Of a stretch of 57,853 nucleotides of DNA, positions 55,383 through 57,853 are shown in pieces. The notes beneath the pieces were generated by a model. The model was not told where the DNA came from and made no database searches. It saw nothing but the letters and a program-made list of their open reading frames with translations. Numbering within the stretch: the first letter of the stretch is position 1; the number at the start of each line of letters is the position of its first letter. Both the position numbers and the translations under genes were made by a program. The stretch is from a virus (lineage: Duplodnaviria; Heunggongvirae; Uroviricota; Caudoviricetes). Location: IMG/VR virus record IMGVR_UViG_2663762886_000011; one strand, given 5' to 3'.

Positions 55383-56080
55383 TGCAGGATATCCGGCAGG
55401 AAACACTGAATGAATGCACCCGTGCGGAGCAGTCGGCCAGCGTGGTGCTCTGGGAAATCGATCTGACAGAGGTCGGTGGAGAACGTTATTTTTTCTGTAA
55501 TGAGCAGAACGAAAAAGGTGAGCCGGTCACCTGGCAGGGGCGACAGTATCAGCCGTATCCCATTCAGGGGAGTGGTTTTGAACTGAATGGCAAAGGCACC
55601 AGTACGCGCCCCACGCTGATGGTTTCTAACCTGTACGGTATGGTCACCGGGATGGCGGAAGATCTACAGAGTCTGGTCGGCGGAACGGTGGTCCGGCGTA
55701 AGGTTTACGCCCGTTTTCTGGATGCGGTGAACTTCGTCAACGGAAACAGTGACGCCGATCCGGAGCAGGAGGTGATCAGCCGCTGGCGCATTGAGCAGTG
55801 CAGCGAACTGAGCGCGGTGAGTGCCTCTTTTGTACTGTCCACGCCGACGGAAACAGATGGCGCTGTTTTTCCGGGACGTATCATGCTGGCCAACACCTGC
55901 ACCTGGACCTATCGCGGCGATGAGTGCGGTTATCACGGTCCGGCGGTCGCGGATGAATATGACCAGCCAACGTCCGACATCACGAAGGATAAATGCAGCA
56001 AATGCCTGAGCGGTTGTAAGTTCCGCAATAACGTCGGCAACTTTGGCGGCTTCCTTTCCATTAACAAACTTTCGCAGTAA
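55382..56080 (+). CDS. L: Minor tail protein L, 232 aa
   Basis: Lambda L-like. Confidence 0.95.
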   Translation: MQDIRQETLNECTRAEQSASVVLWEIDLTEVGGERYFFCNEQNEKGEPVTWQGRQYQPYPIQGSGFELNGKGTSTRPTLMVSNLYGMVTGMAEDLQSLVGGTVVRRKVYARFLDAVNFVNGNSDADPEQEVISRWRIEQCSELSAVSASFVLSTPTETDGAVFPGRIMLANTCTWTYRGDECGYHGPAVADEYDQPTSDITKDKCSKCLSGCKFRNNVGNFGGFLSINKLSQ

Positions 56081-56085
56081 ATCCC

Positions 56086-57308
56086 ATGACAGAGACAGAA
56101 TCAGCGATTCTGGCGCACGCCCGGCGATGTGCTCCAGCGGAGTCGTGCGGCTTCGTGGTAAGAACGCCGGAGGGGGAAAGATATTTCCCCTGCGTGAATA
56201 TCTCCGGTGAGCCGGAGGCGTATTTCCGTATGTCGCCGGAAGACTGGCTGCAGGCAGAGATGCAGGGTGAGATTGTGGCACTGGTCCACAGCCACCCCGG
56301 TGGTCTGCCCTGGCTGAGTGAGGCCGACCGGCGGCTGCAGGTGCAGAGTGATTTGCCGTGGTGGCTGGTCTGCCGGGGGGCGATTCACAAGTTCCGCTGT
56401 GTGCCACATCTTACCGGGCGGCGCTTTGAGCACGGGGTGACGGACTGTTACACGCTGTTCCGGGATGCTTACCATCTGGCGGGGATTGAGATGCCGGATT
56501 TTCATCGTGAGGATGACTGGTGGCGTCACGGTCAGAATCTCTATCTGGATAATCTGGAGGCCACAGGGCTGTATCAGGTGCCGTTGTCAGCGGCGCAGCC
56601 GGGCGATGTGCTCCAGCGGAGTCGTGCGGCTTCGTGGTGAGAACACCGGAGGGGGAAAGATATTTTCCCTGCGTGAATATTTCCGGTGAGCCGGAGGCGT
56701 ATTTCCGTATGTCGCCGGAAGACTGGCTGCAGGCAGAGATGCAGGGTGAGATTGTGGCACTGGTCCACAGCCACCCCGGTGGTCTGCCCTGGCTGAGTGA
56801 GGCCGACCGGCGGCTGCAGGTGCAGAGTGATTTGCCGTGGTGGCTGGTCTGCCGGGGGGCGATTCACAAGTTCCGCTGTGTGCCACATCTTACCGGGCGG
56901 CGCTTTGAGCACGGGGTGACGGACTGTTACACGCTGTTCCGGGATGCTTACCATCTGGCGGGGATTGAGATGCCGGATTTTCATCGTGAGGATGACTGGT
57001 GGCGTCACGGTCAGAATCTCTATCTGGATAATCTGGAGGCCACAGGGCTGTATCAGGTGCCGTTGTCAGCGGCGCAGCCGGGCGATGTGCTGCTGTGCTG
57101 TTTTGGTTCATCGGTGCCGAATCATGCCGCCATTTACTGTGGTGACGGCGAGCTGCTGCACCATATTCCTGAACAACTGAGTAAACGAGAGAGGTACACC
57201 GACAAATGGCAGCGACGCACACACTCCCTCTGGCGTCACCGGGCATGGCACGCATCTGCCTTTACGGGGATTTGCAACGATTTGGCCGCCGCATCGACCT
57301 TCGTGTGA
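56086..57308 (+). pseudogene. K: Tail tip assembly protein K disrupted by 479-bp internal tandem repeat
   Basis: Track splits K into 56086-56640 and 56634-57308; segment about 56134-56612 repeats at 56613-57091, shifting frame. Confidence 0.75.
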
Positions 57309-57853
57309 AAACGGGGGCCGAAGCCATCCGGGCACTGGCCACACAGCTCCCGGCATTTCGTCAGAAACTGAGCGACGGCTGGTATCAGGTGCGCATTGCC
57401 GGGCGTGATGCAGGCGAAAATGAATTATCTGCCCGTCTTAATGAACCGCTGGCAAATGGTGCCGTGATCCACATCGTTCCGCGTCTGGCGGGTGCCAAAA
57501 GTGGCGGTGTGTTTCAGGCGGTGCTGGGTGCGGCGCTGATTGCGGTGGCATGGTGGAACCCTGTGGGCTGGCTGGGGGCCGCGGCTGTATCGGGTATGTA
57601 TGCAGCAGGGGCCAGTATGATCCTGGGTGGTGTGGCGCAGATGCTGGCACCGAAAGCCAGGACGCCCACGGCAGCCAGTACAGATAACGGCAAACAGAAC
57701 ACGTATTTCTCGTCACTGGATAACATGGTTGCCCAGGGTAATGTTCTGCCTGTTCTGTACGGGGAAATGCGCGTGGGGTCACGTGTGGTTTCTCAGGAGA
57801 TCAGCACGGCAGACGAAGGGGACGGTGGTCAGGTTGTGGTGATTGGTCGCTGA
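57206..57853 (+). CDS. I: Tail tip assembly protein I, 215 aa
   Basis: MAATHTLPLASPGMARICLYGDLQRFGRRIDLRVKTGAEAIRA... as lambda I; stop at window end. Confidence 0.9.
   Translation: MAATHTLPLASPGMARICLYGDLQRFGRRIDLRVKTGAEAIRALATQLPAFRQKLSDGWYQVRIAGRDAGENELSARLNEPLANGAVIHIVPRLAGAKSGGVFQAVLGAALIAVAWWNPVGWLGAAAVSGMYAAGASMILGGVAQMLAPKARTPTAASTDNGKQNTYFSSLDNMVAQGNVLPVLYGEMRVGSRVVSQEISTADEGDGGQVVVIGR

Noticed and set aside
53053-55406. Long minus-strand ORFs (53053-55314 and others) within gene H
   Set aside because: Typical open antisense frames in GC-rich repetitive tape measure DNA; H on the plus strand matches lambda.

Overview
This window is lambdoid prophage DNA of an Escherichia coli-type genome, in two parts joined by an assembly gap. 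Positions 1 to about 39968 are a near-complete Rac-family prophage: integrase, excisionase, ralR (with an in-frame opal stop), recT/recE, racC, ydaE, kilR, sieB, the racR immunity switch, ydaS/T/U/V replication genes, a nin/Q-like block, a lysis cassette, the trkG cargo gene, and an SPP1/HK97-style head and tail module. A run of 9 N (39969-39977) is followed by the 3' part of an IS2 element. Positions 41054-57853 are the late region of a second, lambda-like prophage, cos through gene I, almost collinear with lambda Nu1-A-W-B-C-D-E-FI-FII-Z-U-V-G-T-H-M-L-K-I. The main candidates for undescribed biology are (i) an AT-rich two-gene moron at 11897-13936 encoding a protein with a HEPN-like Rx4H motif and a partner with a GNAT-like C-terminus, and (ii) two paralogous lipoproteins at 18182-19156 whose C-termini resemble TolA domain III, sitting in the Q-to-lysis moron slot. 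Secondary observations include a yeaR-like gene behind an NsrR-type operator, a variant cosN, and a mosaic or duplicated gene K. All homology calls are from reading the translations and from memory of the families; no searches were run, and motif coordinates outside the ORF track are approximate to a few nt.
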